64,000 nucleotides of DNA, taken from NCBI GenBank assembly GCA_964474435.1, contig CAYYSI010000001.1:62647-126646 (forward strand). Reading direction: 5' to 3'. Shown here in pieces: positions 61,798 through 64,000 of this stretch. Below the pieces are notes generated by a model that made no database searches, was not told where the DNA came from, and saw only the letters and a program-made list of their open reading frames with translations. The translations under genes and the position numbers were made by a program. Numbering within the stretch: position 1 is the stretch's first letter; each line of letters starts with the position of its first letter. The stretch comes from an uncultured Candidatus Saccharibacteria bacterium. Lineage in GTDB: Bacteria; Patescibacteriota; Minisyncoccia; Phycocordibacterales; UBA9973.

Positions 61798-62739
61798 CTA
61801 TTTACCAGTTTTTAACCAAACGTACAAGTCCTCGATAGCTTTGACAGCATCACCAGCTGCGATGTTGTTTTGGTGGTAGAGACCATTGGTGCAATCACCA
61901 GCTGCCCAGATGCCGAGTTGTTTGGTGCGTTGGTTTATTGGGTCGACGAATATTTTGCCGTCTTGGGTGGGTGGCACGAGGTCTTTGACGAATGCAGTGG
62001 CAGGGATCTGGCCGATCTCGACAAAGAGTCCACTGATAGGGAGCTCTGTTGGTTCTGCAGCGTCTTTTTCGCGGTATACGACAGACGAGACAAATTTGTC
62101 ACCTTTGATTTCCATAAGCTCGATATTTTTCAAAAGGGTGACATTTGGAAGTTTGGAGACATTGTCGACTGTGATTTGGTCAGCACGATATGAGTCGCTG
62201 CGATGGAGGAGAGTGACGTGTGAGGCATACTGTGAGAGCTGCAAAACTGCCTCAAGCGCCGCGTTTCCGCCTCCTGCTACAGCAACGGGCATGCCGCTAA
62301 AGAGTGGGCCGTCACAGGTCGCACAGTACATGATGCCTTTGTGATCAAATTTGTCTGCGCCCAGGACTTCGAGTTTGCGGTGACTTGAGCCAGTAGCTAT
62401 GAGGACACTCTTTGAAGTGATCGTCTCTGTTTCGCCATCGATCGTTGTGACAAATGCATCAGTTACATCTTTGGTAATATTTGAAACTCGTTTGCCAAGC
62501 TTGAGTGTGAGTGTGTGTTCAGGCTTTGCGTATTCTTCGATATGAGTTTTCAGGTTCTTTGCGAGGTCAGAGCCGCTGATTGATGGAGTACCGATCCAGT
62601 TGAAAATAGTGTCAGAGACTGATGACTGACCACCAACTTCTTCTGCGATGAGAAGGGTAGTGATGCGCTTGCGTGCGGCATAGACTGCCGCCGCACATGC
62701 TGCTGGGCCTCCACCGATGATGACGAGTTCGTATTGCAT
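61798..62739 (-). CDS. trxB: thioredoxin-disulfide reductase
   Basis: FAD motif IIGGGPAACAAAVYAAR, redox-active CATCDG and the NADPH motif GGGNAALEAV are present. Confidence 0.9.
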   Translation of the reverse strand: MQYELVIIGGGPAACAAAVYAARKRITTLLIAEEVGGQSSVSDTIFNWIGTPSISGSDLAKNLKTHIEEYAKPEHTLTLKLGKRVSNITKDVTDAFVTTIDGETETITSKSVLIATGSSHRKLEVLGADKFDHKGIMYCATCDGPLFSGMPVAVAGGGNAALEAVLQLSQYASHVTLLHRSDSYRADQITVDNVSKLPNVTLLKNIELMEIKGDKFVSSVVYREKDAAEPTELPISGLFVEIGQIPATAFVKDLVPPTQDGKIFVDPINQRTKQLGIWAAGDCTNGLYHQNNIAAGDAVKAIEDLYVWLKTGK

Positions 62740-62764
62740 AGGACTGCATTATACAGGAGCCTCA

Positions 62765-62873
62765 CAAAAAAGAAAAAGAGGTATTTGCCGTCGCGTAATT
62801 TCCTGCTGGAAATTCGCTGATACTCGGACCAGGTCGTCCTGCGTAACACGGCAAATACCTCTTTTTCTTTTTG
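62765..62873. repeat. structured intergenic repeat element, copy B (between ftsZ and trxB); best-preserved copy
   Basis: An outer inverted repeat of ~24 bp (AAAGAAAAAGAGGTATTTGCCG / CGGCAAATACCTCTTTTTCTTT) encloses hairpin GCGTAATTTCC-tgct-GGAAATTCGC plus hairpin GGAC-caggtc-GTCC. Confidence 0.6.
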
Positions 62874-62886
62874 TTTGCTTCAGAGA

Positions 62887-64000
62887 CTACTTCTTATTTC
62901 TTCGGAGAAAGGCAGGGATTGCGCCAAAGTTGTCGAGGTCGTCTTCGACGCCTTCGGTATCGGCAAGCTCTGCATCTGCTGGCTTGATCTCAGGCTTCTG
63001 GACCATTGGACGAACTTCTTGGTCAGCTTGCTGGGCTGCGAGTTCTTGTCGGTTAAAGAGGTCGCGACCACTTGGACTAAAGAGTGTGCCTTTCTTGCCG
63101 CTCTCACTTGGGAAGCCTGTCGCGATGACGGTGATCTTCATTTCGCCTTTTTTGATGCGTTCGTCGAGGATGGTACCGATGATGACACGTGCATCTTTAT
63201 CAATTGATTCGGTGATGACCTTTGCAGCGTCTTGGAACTCTGCCATCGTGAGGTCATCGTTACTAGAGATTGCAAACAACACCCCTTTTGCACCGTTGAT
63301 AGAAATGTCGAGGAGTGGAGAGTTGATCGCCTGGATCGCAGCCTTTTCTGCACGGCCGTCGCCACTTGCAAAGCCAACACCCATGAGTGCAGTACCAGCG
63401 TCTGTGAGGACTGATTTCATATCGGCGAAGTCGACGTTGATGATACCAGGAGAGGCGATGAGCTCGGATATTCCTTCAACCGCTTGTCGGAGAACTTCAT
63501 CACATTTTGCAAATGCGTCTTTGAATGTCGTGTCCTTGCCAGCGATTGCGAGGAGTCGATCGTTAGGAATGACGATAATTGCATCAACTTCCTTTTCGAG
63601 CTCTGCAATACCTTGTTCTGCAATGCGCATGCGCTGATTGCCTTCAAAGAAGAATGGCTTGGTGACGACGGCAACGGTGAGGATGCCTTGTTCTTTTGCA
63701 GCACGAGCAACAACTGCAGCAGCGCCTGTTCCAGTTCCGCCTCCCATTCCACACGCGATAAAGACCATGTCCGCACCTTTGACTGCATCCTGGATCTCAG
63801 CTTTTGTTTCTTCTGCAGCGCGAGCACCGAGCTCTGGGTTCATGCCGGCTCCGAGACCTTTGGTCAAGTTTTTGCCGAGGTGGATTTTCTTTTCGGCGAG
63901 AGAGTTGTGCAGATCCTGGACATCGGTGTTCATGGCAACGAATTCAACCGCACGGACTTTGTTTTCCATCATGTGGTTCAAGGCGTTTTTACCAGACCCA
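62887..64000 (-). CDS. ftsZ: cell-division GTPase FtsZ; the N-terminus continues beyond the window end
   Basis: GGGTGTGAAAVVA is the tubulin signature. ...NALNHMMENKVRAVEFVAMNTD aligns with FtsZ GGGGNAVNRMIE...VEFIAANTD. The reading frame is open to base 64000. Confidence 0.9.
   Translation of the reverse strand, partial: GSGKNALNHMMENKVRAVEFVAMNTDVQDLHNSLAEKKIHLGKNLTKGLGAGMNPELGARAAEETKAEIQDAVKGADMVFIACGMGGGTGTGAAAVVARAAKEQGILTVAVVTKPFFFEGNQRMRIAEQGIAELEKEVDAIIVIPNDRLLAIAGKDTTFKDAFAKCDEVLRQAVEGISELIASPGIINVDFADMKSVLTDAGTALMGVGFASGDGRAEKAAIQAINSPLLDISINGAKGVLFAISSNDDLTMAEFQDAAKVITESIDKDARVIIGTILDERIKKGEMKITVIATGFPSESGKKGTLFSPSGRDLFNRQELAAQQADQEVRPMVQKPEIKPADAELADTEGVEDDLDNFGAIPAFLRRNKK

Overview
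This 64-kb window looks like a streamlined bacterial chromosome of moderate to low GC with a CPR/Patescibacteria-like gene repertoire: a SWIB-domain protein, short forms of ProRS, ValRS and UvrC, and many leaderless promoters of the form TGnTATACT directly upstream of ATG. That lineage assignment is an inference from these features, not a database result. Most of the window is housekeeping: rpoD (3' end), rpsB-tsf, proS, mreBC, tgt, uvrB, uvrA, uvrC, ddl, leuS, murJ, lepA, valS, tsaD, trxB and ftsZ (5' end runs off the window), plus five tRNAs (Thr-UGU, Arg-CCU, Phe-GAA, Val-GAC, Glu-UUC). The main accessory region is an AT-rich, seven-gene Type I restriction-modification operon (4547-13469) that is translationally coupled throughout: Fic, hsdM, orfX, hsdS, orfY, hsdR, orfZ. 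Three uncharacterised small genes sit between or after the R-M subunits: a membrane-anchored coiled-coil protein, a small gene in the PrrC-like slot, and a stand-alone PD-(D/E)xK nuclease-fold protein. A compositionally distinct, GC-richer block follows (VOC, MFS transporter, cupin). Several non-coding features are also notable. A structured ~110-nt element occurs three times (near 20.2, 51.6 and 62.8 kb) with conserved inner hairpins and covarying outer stems. A GC-rich element next to tRNA-Val carries a duplicated copy of the tRNA 3' end. A GC-rich, terminator-flanked non-coding island lies downstream of tRNA-Glu. A promoter-plus-terminator leader or sRNA precedes a CxxC-x17-CxxC zinc-ribbon gene. 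Small ORF-plus-terminator modules sit immediately upstream of proS and leuS. No CRISPR array, integrase, transposase or rRNA was seen.
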